Assembly: GCA_007130845.1 (NCBI GenBank)
Contig: SLRP01000009.1
Span: 1 to 46,829 of the forward strand
DNA: 46,829 nucleotides
Direction: 5' to 3'
From: Kiritimatiellia bacterium
Lineage (GTDB): Bacteria > Verrucomicrobiota > Kiritimatiellia > SLAD01
The notes below the pieces were generated by a model. It searched no databases, was not told where the DNA came from, and saw nothing but the letters and a program-made list of their open reading frames with translations. The position numbers and the translations under genes are program-made. Of this stretch, positions 18,707 to 30,257 are shown piece by piece (within the stretch, counting starts at the first letter, position 1; each line of letters starts with the position of its first letter).

Positions 18707-18928
18707 GGCTAATGTCCTTGATTTCTGATAATGTCCTGCATTTATGGGATGAGCCCGCCTAAAACGCAAGAACGTAGTGCGTATATCGGGGAAAATACCG
18801 TTGAGGGGGCATTATTTATCATGGTCTTTCCAGTGTCTTGATCGAAATTCCAATATCCTTAAGTCTTGCAGCCGACTTCAGGATTGGATGGATAACGGTA
18901 TGATATTGTTGAACAGGACTTAAAATTT

Positions 18929-19951
18929 ATGACGACACGCACATTTGTGGACAGGGTAAAAGTGAATATCTCGGCAGGTGACGGAGGCGACGGATGCGTC
19001 GCTTTCAGGCGGGAAAAATATGTACCAAAAGGCGGGCCGGCAGGAGGTAACGGCGGGCATGGCGGGAGTGTATACATACTCGCAAGTAATGATATCGATT
19101 CGCTTATTGATCTGTATTATCAACCTCATCAACGCGCAGAGCATGGTGTTCCTGGTCAGGGGAAGCAAAGACACGGCAAGGGAGGACGGGATCTGCATAT
19201 TCCTGTGCCGTGCGGCACTGTGGTTAAATCGGTGGATTCGGGGGAGGTCGTCGGTGAGGTGGTTGAAGATGGAGATTCCCTGCTTATCGCCCGCGGGGGC
19301 AAGGGAGGCTGGGGAAATATGCGCTTTACCTCGTCCACCCATCAGGCTCCGAGGGAGTCGACACCGGGTGAAAAAGGGGAAGTTCGTTGCGTGTTGCTTG
19401 AGCTGAAGACCGTTGCGGATGTCGGCCTTGTAGGCTATCCAAATGCCGGCAAATCCACTCTTCTGAGCAGGATCAGCCATGCGCATCCCAAGATAGCGCC
19501 ATATCCATTCACGACTCTCAACCCGGTGATTGGCACCGTGGAATACGAGGATTTCAATAAACTGCGTGTAGCAGATATACCCGGACTCATAGACGGCGCG
19601 CATAAGGGAGTCGGATTGGGTTACGAGTTTCTAAGGCATATCGAGAGAAGCCGGTTTCTTGTTTTTGTGATCGATATGGCCGGCGTAGACGGTCGGAATC
19701 CTTCGCATGATTTTGAGAGCCTGCGCAAGGAGCTGCAGTTATACCGCGAGGATCTGGCGGTGCGCCCGTATCTGGTGGTGGCTAACAGAATGGATGATCC
19801 GGCCTCGAAGAAGAAACTTTCCGATTTCGAGCGGGAAACCGGCGAAAAGCCGGTACCTGTAAGCGCCATGAAAGGAACGGGTATTGCCGGACTCAAGGAA
19901 AAACTGCACGATTTCTTCTGGATGGAAACGGGCCGGAATTTCATGCCCTGA
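18929..19951 (+). CDS. obg: GTPase Obg/CgtA
   Basis: FVDRVKVNISAGDGGDGCVAFRREKYVPKGGPAGGNGGHGG (Obg fold), then G1 GYPNAGKST and DIPGLI. Confidence 0.95.
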   Translation: MTTRTFVDRVKVNISAGDGGDGCVAFRREKYVPKGGPAGGNGGHGGSVYILASNDIDSLIDLYYQPHQRAEHGVPGQGKQRHGKGGRDLHIPVPCGTVVKSVDSGEVVGEVVEDGDSLLIARGGKGGWGNMRFTSSTHQAPRESTPGEKGEVRCVLLELKTVADVGLVGYPNAGKSTLLSRISHAHPKIAPYPFTTLNPVIGTVEYEDFNKLRVADIPGLIDGAHKGVGLGYEFLRHIERSRFLVFVIDMAGVDGRNPSHDFESLRKELQLYREDLAVRPYLVVANRMDDPASKKKLSDFERETGEKPVPVSAMKGTGIAGLKEKLHDFFWMETGRNFMP

Positions 19952-19986
19952 CGCGCGAGGTACGGCGTTGACCCTCAATTACGTTT

Positions 19987-20193
19987 CTACAGGATTCCAC
20001 CCAGTATCATCAGTACTGTTCCGGCCAGCATTGCAAGTATACCAGCTGCCATGAACAGCTTGGGTTTGGTATTCCTGGGTCGGTCCTGCGTGGGTACATA
20101 CCCCGTAGGCATGGAGTGCATCTCCTGAATACTGCAATTAACAAGCGCGATTCCGAGAATAATACAGCTTACCGTGGCCAACAATAGCATCAC
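19987..20193 (-). CDS. Small two-TM membrane protein (hypothetical)
   Basis: 68 aa with two hydrophobic helices flanking a polar loop. I see no recognisable family, and coding status is uncertain. Confidence 0.35.
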   Translation of the reverse strand: MMLLLATVSCIILGIALVNCSIQEMHSMPTGYVPTQDRPRNTKPKLFMAAGILAMLAGTVLMILGGIL

Positions 20194-20610
20194 TTGCTTT
20201 TCTCTATTTATGGTTCATCATGTTCAACAACTATAATCTAGCATCAATTATGCCACCTTCCGCCATTCATGCGCATATATGGCAATATTGGCTGCCATTG
20301 CTCACTAGCACCTAACAAAACAGGACGGTAAGGAGATTCATTGCATTACTGCGTACGTTTATTGTCCCCGGCTGTTCTCAATTAAGATAATCAGAAATGG
20401 GAAAAACCGAGGGATAAAGCGCTTGTAACAGCAGGTATCTGGACAAGACATCCGTGGGAGCGGGATGGAGCGGCGCGTAAACAGGTCTGGTCATTCCGTA
20501 ACGCCAACAACCCGCCTGTCGCATCGCATTCAATGCGTGAACAGATTCGGTCTGCCGTTCAACCTGCAGCTGTGCGCTGAAATAATATTGCCTGCCCGGT
20601 AAAATACCCC

Positions 20611-21711
20611 TCAGGACCGGCTTCGACCGCTCACGCCTTTAGTCTTCTTTGTTATTCCTACGGCCTTGTTCTTGGGGCGCAGTTTGCGAACAGCCCTTCC
20701 GGCCTGCCACATCTCGGAGTTGCCGATATCGGCAAGCTCCTTCGCGAGCTGATCCTTGTAGTTCTTTTTCTTGCTGACCGACATGACCCGTCGCGTTTCC
20801 TTGCCAGACTTGACGGATTTGTACAGATCCTTGAACACCGGCAGTGTTGCCTTTTTGAAACGGGGTTTCCAGTCCAGAGCGCCGCGTTGCGCGGTCATTG
20901 AGCAATTGGCGTACATCCAATCCATTCCATTCTCGTCCACCAGCCTTATAAGGCTCTGGGTTAATTCCTCCACTGTTTCGTTGAAGGCTTCGCTGGGTGT
21001 ATGTCCGTTCTTGCGGAGAACGTCATATTGCGCCTCCATAAGTCCAGCCAGTGCCCCCATCAATACGCCACGCTCGCCGGTAAGGTCGCTCAACACCTCC
21101 CCTTCAAAGGTAGTTGGGAAAAGATAACCGGATCCGATTCCTATTCCTATGGCAAGGCAGCGGTCACGTGCCCGGCCGGTAGCGTCCTGATATACGGCGA
21201 AGCTTGAATTAATACCCGAGCCTTCGAGAAAATTCCGGCGAACTGATGTGCCTGAACCCTTGGGCGCGACCATTATGACGTCGACGTTGTCAGGAGGAAC
21301 AATACCTGTTTGGTCATTGTACACTATTGAAAAGCCGTGAGAGAAGTACAAGGCGTCACCGGGATTCAGGCATTTCTTGATGGTCGGCCATATCGATCGC
21401 TGGGCAGCGTCGGACACCAGGATCTTTATTATTGTTCCCTTTCGAGCTGCTTCCTCCATGTCGAAAAGCGTCTTTCCGGGAACCCAGCCGTCCTTGACTG
21501 CGCGATTCCAATCGCGTTTGAATGCCTTGGACTGTCCGATGATGACATTGAAGCCGTTATCCTTGAGGTTGAGCGCCTGTGCGGGTCCCTGCACCCCATA
21601 GCCTATTACGGCTATTGTTTCGTTTTTCAATACGCGCCGCGCCTTGGTAAGCGGAAACTCCTTTCTAATGATGACTTCTTCCTTCACTCCCCCAAAATCT
21701 ATTTTTGCCAT
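20611..21711 (-). CDS. ilvC: Ketol-acid reductoisomerase
   Basis: IAVIGYGVQGPAQALNLKDNG Rossmann motif and a conserved KARI core. The C-terminus carries an extra basic tail (RKLRPKNKAVGITKKTKGVSGRSRS). Confidence 0.9.
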   Translation of the reverse strand: MAKIDFGGVKEEVIIRKEFPLTKARRVLKNETIAVIGYGVQGPAQALNLKDNGFNVIIGQSKAFKRDWNRAVKDGWVPGKTLFDMEEAARKGTIIKILVSDAAQRSIWPTIKKCLNPGDALYFSHGFSIVYNDQTGIVPPDNVDVIMVAPKGSGTSVRRNFLEGSGINSSFAVYQDATGRARDRCLAIGIGIGSGYLFPTTFEGEVLSDLTGERGVLMGALAGLMEAQYDVLRKNGHTPSEAFNETVEELTQSLIRLVDENGMDWMYANCSMTAQRGALDWKPRFKKATLPVFKDLYKSVKSGKETRRVMSVSKKKNYKDQLAKELADIGNSEMWQAGRAVRKLRPKNKAVGITKKTKGVSGRSRS

Positions 21712-21900
21712 GATATCCTCCTGCTTGATTCCTCAATTTGACATGTGATCCAACCGCAATTTAACACTAAAGTTGCGAATGTCCTCTGATGAGGCGTTGA
21801 CGTCAAGAAACTTTATCATAAGTTCCCCATTATAGGCCTGCAATAGTGTGATACAAATATTATATTCCATCACACCCGATGTAAGCAATTGCGCCGCGCC

Positions 21901-23106
21901 ATGAAAATATTGTTCCTTACGCCTAAGCTCCCGCACTCTCGATCCGGGGATGGGCTCCGTGTGGTGTGCCGGAGGATCCGGGGATTGATCGAACGGGGTT
22001 ATCAGATCGGTTTGGCTTCTCTGTTCAGCGGCTGGGATGAGACCGGCATGAACGAGTGGAAGCCCCCGAATCCGGATATCCGCGTTTTCGCATTCAAGGA
22101 ACCGGGCATGGGCTGGGTGCGAAGAATTGGCAGGATTGTTTGGCAACCTGTTCCGTTTCCATTTTGCGAGTATAGATCTCCGGCAATGCTGCGCGGTGTC
22201 GGCGACATGGTGGAGAATGGGCGCTATGATGTAGTCGTTGCCGAATCATGCATGATGGGGCAATACCTTTTCCACAATCCATGGCTGCCTGCAGTACGCA
22301 AGATAATTTCGTGTCACAAATTCATTGCTGCCGAAGACCCGGCATATCATTCCGATCCGGTCCGGATACCCCGCATTTCACTGGCATACAAGAGGAGAAT
22401 TCGCAGTCAGGACTACGAGTTAGAAATGTTGAATGCCGCGGACTGCGTTCTTGTATTCACTCCAGAGGAGCGGTTCGCGTTGCTCTCCCGCATTCCTGAT
22501 CTGCGCATTGAAGTGGTGCCGTGCGGCGTGGATCCATTGTTTTTCAGGCCCGCGGAACAATCAAGTCGCGCCCGGGTTATTGTTTTCACATGTAATTTTT
22601 CCGAACCCGCTGACTCTGCAGCCATCGATTGGTTTGTACGGAATGTCTGGCCGCCGTTGAAATACCGTTATCCTGATCTGGTTTTCCAGGCGATTGGCCC
22701 GGATTATCCTCCCTCCAGCATCAAGGGTATGAGCAGTAAGTTGTCAGGCGTGGAAGTTTTTGGAGGAGTGGAAGACATACGGCAGTATCTTAATCATGCT
22801 ATGATCTATGTCTGTCCCGTCAGGGAAAGCACCGGTATGAGGATAGGCAGTCTGGAGGCGATGGCGGCCGGCCTTCCGGTCATCACTACTACGGCCGGCT
22901 CGAAGGGAATTCCGGCACAGGCCGGCAGGAACTGTTTTCTTGCCGATGATCCGGCGATAATGGCCGGATATCTGGATTTGATGTTGAATGACGCGCCATT
23001 GCGATCCTCCATAGCGCATCAGGCACGGGATACAGTGGTTGAGCGGTTTACATGGGACCGGAGCTTGAGACGCTTCGAAGACATCCTGGGTATAATAACG
23101 CGGTAG
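21901..23106 (+). CDS. Glycosyltransferase family 4 (GT-B fold)
   Basis: MKILFLTPKLPHSRSGDG N-terminus. The C-terminal domain has a ...ESTGMRIGSLEAMAAGLPVITT... (EX7E-like) motif. Confidence 0.8.
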   Translation: MKILFLTPKLPHSRSGDGLRVVCRRIRGLIERGYQIGLASLFSGWDETGMNEWKPPNPDIRVFAFKEPGMGWVRRIGRIVWQPVPFPFCEYRSPAMLRGVGDMVENGRYDVVVAESCMMGQYLFHNPWLPAVRKIISCHKFIAAEDPAYHSDPVRIPRISLAYKRRIRSQDYELEMLNAADCVLVFTPEERFALLSRIPDLRIEVVPCGVDPLFFRPAEQSSRARVIVFTCNFSEPADSAAIDWFVRNVWPPLKYRYPDLVFQAIGPDYPPSSIKGMSSKLSGVEVFGGVEDIRQYLNHAMIYVCPVRESTGMRIGSLEAMAAGLPVITTTAGSKGIPAQAGRNCFLADDPAIMAGYLDLMLNDAPLRSSIAHQARDTVVERFTWDRSLRRFEDILGIITR

Positions 23107-23125
23107 GGATATATAAAGGAGCCGT

Positions 23126-23785
23126 TCATTCCGATCCCATTACAGCATCCCGGTCCTCATCAGCCTCTATTTGCATTCCTGCCGGTATCAGAACCTCTGT
23201 ACGAAACTCGCGGGATTTACCGTAGGGCATTTCCGCCTGCAGAATGATTCGTGCCGCTTTCGGCCAGTCCTCCGGGCTTTCCGCGCTCCACTCCGAGTGC
23301 CATTCCTCTTCATGAAGAATGGTAACCTTGAAGTGGTCAACTTGATCGAGGAGGGAATTGGTAACAGCATAGGACAATGCCCCCGGTCCGGCAAGGGGTT
23401 GATGCACACGGATAAGTCTATGGTTATCCGGTCCGGATATCTCCATTTGATAAACGACGTGGTGGACTTCATGCCACCTGAGATCATCCTCCGGATACGG
23501 CATGACTGTGGTGCATAATGAGAGGCGGGCAGATCCCGACACTGGGTGGTCTGCCACGGAAAGTTCGAAATCGCATGCCTCGTACATATCCGCATGAAGG
23601 CTGCCTGCAAGATCGCGGGAAAGTTGTTGCAGAGCCCGTACGGCCGATGTTTCGGCGCGTTTCCGGTCTTCGCGGTCACCAAGAATTCCGGCTGCCATGT
23701 GATACAGTGAAAAAACAAGGCCTGCGACAAGCGCCGCTATTGAAATTGCCAGCAGAACCTCTATGAGGGTAAAGGCCTTGCGCAT
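23126..23785 (-). CDS. Prepilin-type N-terminal cleavage/methylation domain protein (GspJ-like minor pseudopilin)
   Basis: MRKAFTLIEVLLAISIAALVAGLVF is the canonical class III signal and hydrophobic helix with Glu+5. The ATG (23785-23783) overlaps the TGA of the FHA gene as TGATG. Confidence 0.8.
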   Translation of the reverse strand: MRKAFTLIEVLLAISIAALVAGLVFSLYHMAAGILGDREDRKRAETSAVRALQQLSRDLAGSLHADMYEACDFELSVADHPVSGSARLSLCTTVMPYPEDDLRWHEVHHVVYQMEISGPDNHRLIRVHQPLAGPGALSYAVTNSLLDQVDHFKVTILHEEEWHSEWSAESPEDWPKAARIILQAEMPYGKSREFRTEVLIPAGMQIEADEDRDAVMGSE

Positions 23786-24285
23786 CAGTGGTCTGTGATA
23801 AGTATATAAAAGAAATAGAAAACACCGACGAGGGCCAGAATACCTATTGCGGTGATAAGCATGTACCACAATTTCCTGGCTTCCCTGCCTCGGGTCCCAA
23901 AAGGGGAAATGCTTCCGAAGGATTCCGGTGCGGCGGCCGGCCCTGGAGCCACTTCGACTTCTGCAGTCGACTCCTTATCCTTTTCGATAACTTCCCCGGG
24001 CGTTGCGTCAAATAGAAATTCGATCGAGCCGACCCTGAGAATATCCTTCGGTTTGAGGCCGGATTCGGTGATTTCACGGCTGTTAACGGATGTCCCGTTG
24101 GTTGAACCCATGTCCCGCACCATATATCTGTTGCCGGTGCGGACGATTATGCAATGTTTTCCAGACACCGTGGGATTGTCTATGGAAATATCATTTTCGG
24201 ACTTGCGACCAATGACAAACTCATCCTTGTCTATTTCTGCTTTCTTTCCACGGACTTCCTCGGACATGCCAATAAGAACGGCCAT
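23785..24285 (-). CDS. FHA domain protein with a C-terminal transmembrane anchor
   Basis: FVIGRKSENDISIDNPTVSGKHCII...RDMGSTNGTSVN (FHA G-R...S-x-x-H...N-G signature). C-terminal TM helix WYMLITAIGILALVGVFYFFYILI. Start at MAVLIGM. Confidence 0.85.
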   Translation of the reverse strand: MAVLIGMSEEVRGKKAEIDKDEFVIGRKSENDISIDNPTVSGKHCIIVRTGNRYMVRDMGSTNGTSVNSREITESGLKPKDILRVGSIEFLFDATPGEVIEKDKESTAEVEVAPGPAAAPESFGSISPFGTRGREARKLWYMLITAIGILALVGVFYFFYILITDH

Positions 24286-24439
24286 GATGTTGTTCCTTTC
24301 ATTATTGCACGACAAATATTCTCACTTAATCCTAAAGCTGTCAATGTGTTAGGGCGTAACGCTGTAACAGCGGAACGGGCGGACATGTCACCGAATAGAT
24401 TCAGGATACCGAGATTCCAACCGCACGTGAAGCACCAAG

Positions 24440-25816
24440 TTACCGAAGTTGCTGCGGAGACGGTTCGTCTGGTGGACTGTTTTCCAGCTCCACGGGTTCG
24501 TGCGTGACCCCTTCCGCTGGTTCTATACCAAGTATCCGAGCGACTGTGGGGTGCAACTGCAGTGAATGAATCCGACCAAGATATACGCCGCCCAGCGGCT
24601 CGGGATATCTCCAGAATATTGCCGGCCCCAACATGTCCGGGTTTGTTTCGGGATCGTAGCCATGCATGCCAAGCGGCCCTCCGTGAAGCTCAACAGGTTC
24701 CACATCGGCGTCTACCCTTCTGCTGAATGTGAAGCCTGTATCGAGTGTGACTACTATATCGCCTACCCGTGTGGGATGGTTGTATCCCCATCGTTCGGGC
24801 AGTTCGTTCCTACGGCCGGCTCGGGCAAAGTCGTAGGATCCCAAGCTCGCCAGAATTTCACTCTCAAGTCTTGTGCGCTCTTCATCAGATTCGACCAGGT
24901 TTAAAAAAATATGGCCGATGTTTCCGCTTGTCACAGTTATTACATCATCCCTTCCTTCCACTCCGGATATCCGGTCTATGTGCGCGAGATGATGAACAGG
25001 ACTCATCCCGTGATCAGTGGAGATGATAAGGTACAATTCATCCTCGGACGACATGCGACTCTCGAAGGATTCTATGATCTGTTCGACAAACCACCCGTAC
25101 AGTTTATCCATTTCGGCTACGGCCCCGTCGGTCTCAGGCGCGTCAGGACCGTATTCGTGACCGGCCTTATCCGGTGTAACGGAGTATCCCATAATCAGTC
25201 TCAATGGCTCCTTGGCATCATCATTCCGCCATGTATCCAATATAAGTTCCATGCGCTCGCGATCCGTAGTACCGCCCGAGTAGCCTTCCCCGAAATAATC
25301 CGCTGCATGCGGCTGCTGCTGGTTGTACGACTTTATCCAGTCATATACTGCGGTGCGAACTCCCTGGCGCACTGCCGTGGTCCATATGGGCTCGGCCTGC
25401 AGCAGATCGGGGAATCCGGCAAACCTGTAATGACGATTTCTTTCAGAATCATAGAATGAGTTGGAGGGAACGCCGTGTTTTTCAACCTTGACCCCCGTTG
25501 CCTGGGTCGTATGGGCGGGAAAAGTCAGAGACGGAAAACCCGGGTCGAGTTCCAGGGTGTGCGCTCCTTCCCGTATCAACCTGTCGAAATTTGGGGTGTC
25601 AACACGGCCAAGATAATCATGGCGCATTCCGTCAATGCTCATCCAGACCACCACTGTCCGGCCTTTGCCTGGGTCATGCATGCCTTCGTTCGACCTGCCG
25701 TCATGGTCGACGTCGTAAACAGAGGCGGGTCTGCAGGCAGAGGTTGCCGACAGAAACACCCCGAGAAGGACAACAAGAAAAAACCGATATGGGTGATAAG
25801 GGGATCCCGTGATCAT
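24440..25816 (-). CDS. Secreted ectonucleotide pyrophosphatase/phosphodiesterase (NPP, alkaline phosphatase superfamily)
   Basis: Signal peptide, then VVVWMSIDGMRHDY, TFPAHTTQATG (Thr nucleophile) and STDHGMSP motifs. Confidence 0.85.
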   Translation of the reverse strand: MITGSPYHPYRFFLVVLLGVFLSATSACRPASVYDVDHDGRSNEGMHDPGKGRTVVVWMSIDGMRHDYLGRVDTPNFDRLIREGAHTLELDPGFPSLTFPAHTTQATGVKVEKHGVPSNSFYDSERNRHYRFAGFPDLLQAEPIWTTAVRQGVRTAVYDWIKSYNQQQPHAADYFGEGYSGGTTDRERMELILDTWRNDDAKEPLRLIMGYSVTPDKAGHEYGPDAPETDGAVAEMDKLYGWFVEQIIESFESRMSSEDELYLIISTDHGMSPVHHLAHIDRISGVEGRDDVITVTSGNIGHIFLNLVESDEERTRLESEILASLGSYDFARAGRRNELPERWGYNHPTRVGDIVVTLDTGFTFSRRVDADVEPVELHGGPLGMHGYDPETNPDMLGPAIFWRYPEPLGGVYLGRIHSLQLHPTVARILGIEPAEGVTHEPVELENSPPDEPSPQQLR

Positions 25817-25993
25817 CCTCTCACATTAGGATTATTTTTCCTTGCGTCAAGCCTGTACCATTATTTACGCGATTCCACGCCATGTTATCCATGGTAAAAT
25901 GCAGGACCGGGAAAATCCGACTAGGATATGGCAATTAAAATATGCGATCAGCGGCAACTACTGAGACACAAAAGGACCGGCCTGAAGCGCATG

Positions 25994-26010
25994 TGTGACA
26001 TAAAGTCACA
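25994..26010. promoter_or_regulatory. Perfect palindrome TGTGAC-ATAAA-GTCACA (candidate regulator or enhancer-binding site)
   Basis: 6-bp arms with a 5-bp spacer, read directly. Its centre lies about 111 bp upstream of the -24 GG of the sigma54-like motif. Confidence 0.35.
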
Positions 26011-26111
26011 AATCCGCTTGCAATCCCGGGGCAGCTTCTGACTTGATGTAATATTTAACATATTTGAATCCAAGCAGTTATGATGATATTTGCCTTCCTT
26101 GGCAGGTCAGG

Positions 26112-26127
26112 TGGCATGGGAGTTGCT
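26112..26127 (+). promoter_or_regulatory. Sigma54-type -24/-12 promoter candidate TGGCATGGGAGTTGCT upstream of dnaK
   Basis: It matches TGGCACG-N4-TTGCW at every specified position except one (C to T), with GG-to-GC spacing exactly 12 nt. It ends 55 nt before the dnaK ATG. A perfect TATAAT (26128-26133) abuts it and offers a competing sigma70 reading, but I see no good -35. Confidence 0.4.
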
Positions 26128-26181
26128 TATAATGTAAGCGCAGTTGTTTGAGTAATCGACAACAAAACGGGAAGGTGAATC

Positions 26182-28131
26182 ATGTCGAAAGTTTTAGGGA
26201 TTGATTTAGGTACAACTAATTCATGTATGGCGGTCATGGAAGGCGGGGAGCCGGTTGTGATTCCCAACGCGGAGGGCGGTCGAACGACCCCGTCCATTGT
26301 TGCGTTCACGAAATCCGGCGAGCGTCTTGTGGGTCAGGCTGCCAAGAGGCAGGCTGTGACGAACTCCAAGAATACTGTTTTTTCGATCAAGCGTTTCATG
26401 GGCCGCAAGTATGACGAAGTAAAAAGTGAAATTGGAACTGTTCCGTATGAGGTGGTAAAGGCGGATAACGGCGATGCCCATGCGAAGATAGGCGACAAGG
26501 TCTATTCTCCTCCGGAGGTATCTTCGATGATCCTTCAGAAGATGCGGTCGGATGCGGAGGCATATTTGGGCGAGAAGATTTCTCAGGCAATCATTACAGT
26601 TCCCGCGTACTTCAACGACAGCCAGCGCCAGGCAACCAAGGATGCCGGACGTATAGCCGGGCTTGAAGTGCTCAGGATCATCAACGAGCCGACTGCGGCA
26701 TCGCTTGCCTACGGTCTGGACAAGAAGAAGGACGAAAAGATCGCGGTGTACGACCTTGGAGGCGGCACGTTCGATATATCCGTTCTGGAGATAGGCGAAG
26801 GTGTTTTTGAGGTGAAGGCCACGCACGGCGATACGCACCTGGGAGGAGATGATTTCGACCAGGCGGTCATCGAATGGCTGATTGCCGAATTTAAGAAAGA
26901 GCAGGGCATTGATCTGTCCGAAGACAAAATGGCTCTTCAGCGCCTTAAGGAAGCTGCGGAGAAAGCCAAGTGTGAGTTGTCCAGTTCGCAGACGACCGAG
27001 ATCAACCTGCCCTTTATCACTGCCGATGCCGGCGGTCCTAAACATCTCAGCATTGAGTTGTCGCGATCCAAGCTTGAGCAGTTGGTGGATAACCTTATTC
27101 AGCGTTCGGTGGGTCCTGTCGAATCCTGCCTGAAGGATGCAGGCATGGGGAACTCCAGTGTCGACGAGGTCATTCTCGTGGGCGGACAGACCCGTATGCC
27201 CAAGGTCCAGGAAGTGGTCCGGAAGGTGTTCGGCAAGGAGGCTCACAAGGGCGTTAACCCTGATGAAGTGGTGGCTGTTGGAGCGGCGATTCAGGGTGGC
27301 GTGTTGAAGGGCGAGGTCAAGGACGTTCTATTGCTGGATGTTACGCCTCTTACACTTGGTATCGAGACTCTGGGTGGCGTTTCAACTCCCCTCATCGAGC
27401 GTAATACGACCATTCCCACTCGTAAGAGCGAGATTTTCAGTACGGCCGCTGACAATCAGTCCACTGTTGAGATTCATGTGCTGCAGGGCGAGCGGAAGAT
27501 GGCTCGTGACAACAAGACCATCGGACGTTTCCATCTTGACGGAATACCCCCCGCGCCGCGCGGTGTTCCGCAGGTTGAAGTCACATTCGATATAGACGCC
27601 AACGGCATTCTGCACGTGAGCGCAAAGGATCTCGGTACCGGCAAGGAGCAGAAAATCACCATAACAGCCACGAGCGGATTGTCCGAAGAGGAAGTCAATC
27701 AAATGGTGAAAGACGCTGAGCAACACGCCGAGGAAGACAAGAAGGCGCGTGAGACGGCTGAGACAAGAAACCGGGCCGATGCCACGGCGTATGAAACCGA
27801 AAAATTCCTCAAGGAACAGGAAGGCAAGATACCTGCAGACAAGAAATCCTCGCTCGAAGAGCGCGTCAAGAAACTGAAGTCTGCAATTGAGGCAGGGAAT
27901 GTGGACGAGATGAAGTCCGAACTTGAGCAGGTGAATTCCGAAATGCAGGCGATTTCCGCCGACCTGTACACACAGGCCAAGCAGGAATCAGGCGCAGGGG
28001 CGCAGCAGCCGGGAGGTGAACAGCCCGGTGCGGAAGCATCCGACAATGATTCCAAGGCCGGCGAAAAGGATGAAGAGGTTATCGACGCGGACTTTGAAAT
28101 GGTCGATGACGATGAGAAAAAGAACAAGTAG
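26182..28131 (+). CDS. dnaK: Molecular chaperone DnaK (Hsp70)
   Basis: [21 protein letters not shown], and full-length similarity to Hsp70, with an acidic C-terminal tail. Confidence 0.98.
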   Translation: MSKVLGIDLGTTNSCMAVMEGGEPVVIPNAEGGRTTPSIVAFTKSGERLVGQAAKRQAVTNSKNTVFSIKRFMGRKYDEVKSEIGTVPYEVVKADNGDAHAKIGDKVYSPPEVSSMILQKMRSDAEAYLGEKISQAIITVPAYFNDSQRQATKDAGRIAGLEVLRIINEPTAASLAYGLDKKKDEKIAVYDLGGGTFDISVLEIGEGVFEVKATHGDTHLGGDDFDQAVIEWLIAEFKKEQGIDLSEDKMALQRLKEAAEKAKCELSSSQTTEINLPFITADAGGPKHLSIELSRSKLEQLVDNLIQRSVGPVESCLKDAGMGNSSVDEVILVGGQTRMPKVQEVVRKVFGKEAHKGVNPDEVVAVGAAIQGGVLKGEVKDVLLLDVTPLTLGIETLGGVSTPLIERNTTIPTRKSEIFSTAADNQSTVEIHVLQGERKMARDNKTIGRFHLDGIPPAPRGVPQVEVTFDIDANGILHVSAKDLGTGKEQKITITATSGLSEEEVNQMVKDAEQHAEEDKKARETAETRNRADATAYETEKFLKEQEGKIPADKKSSLEERVKKLKSAIEAGNVDEMKSELEQVNSEMQAISADLYTQAKQESGAGAQQPGGEQPGAEASDNDSKAGEKDEEVIDADFEMVDDDEKKNK

Positions 28132-28151
28132 TAACCAATAATCGACGGGAT

Positions 28152-28171
28152 CATCGTTGCACGCAATGATG
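28152..28171 (+). other. Hairpin between dnaK and groES (CATCGTTGC-AC-GCAATGATG, one G-U pair), no U-tract
   Basis: Read directly. It could be a partial attenuator or an RNA processing/stability element within a dnaK-groESL transcript. Confidence 0.25.
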
Positions 28172-28211
28172 GTTCCGGAAGATAAAAACAACGAAGGGGA
28201 GGAGTGAGTAT

Positions 28212-30159
<1,948 letters not shown>

Positions 30160-30201
30160 TAATAACGCAAAAAATCCGACAGTAGTCGGTTGACACGCAT
30201 G

Positions 30202-30229
30202 GACGGGGCGCATATATTTGCGCCCCGTC
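30202..30229 (+). terminator. Strong GC hairpin after groEL (GACGGGGCGC-8 nt-GCGCCCCGTC), no clear U-tract
   Basis: A 10-bp perfect stem 43 nt after the groEL stop, followed by ATGCAT rather than a T-run. Confidence 0.4.
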
Positions 30230-30257
30230 ATGCATAGCGGGCTACGGAGGAGTTAAG

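Noticed and set aside
20194-20610. 417-bp gap between ilvC and the small membrane-protein gene as a possible ncRNA or missed gene.
   Set aside because: Only short, RBS-less ORFs occur here (45 aa at most). I found no recognisable RNA family signature and no strong terminator or promoter pair. Nothing positive supports a call, though an Rfam scan would be cheap.
25994-26010. Reading TGTGACATAAAGTCACA as a classical CRP/FNR site.
   Set aside because: Read as TGTGA/TCACA half-sites, the spacer is 7 nt, not the canonical 6. It is kept only as a generic palindrome or possible enhancer site.
25817-26181. CIRCE (TTAGCACTC-N9-GAGTGCTAA) or a sigma32-type promoter upstream of dnaK or groES.
   Set aside because: Neither half-site nor a CTTGAAA...CCCCAT arrangement is present in this region or in the dnaK-groES spacer.
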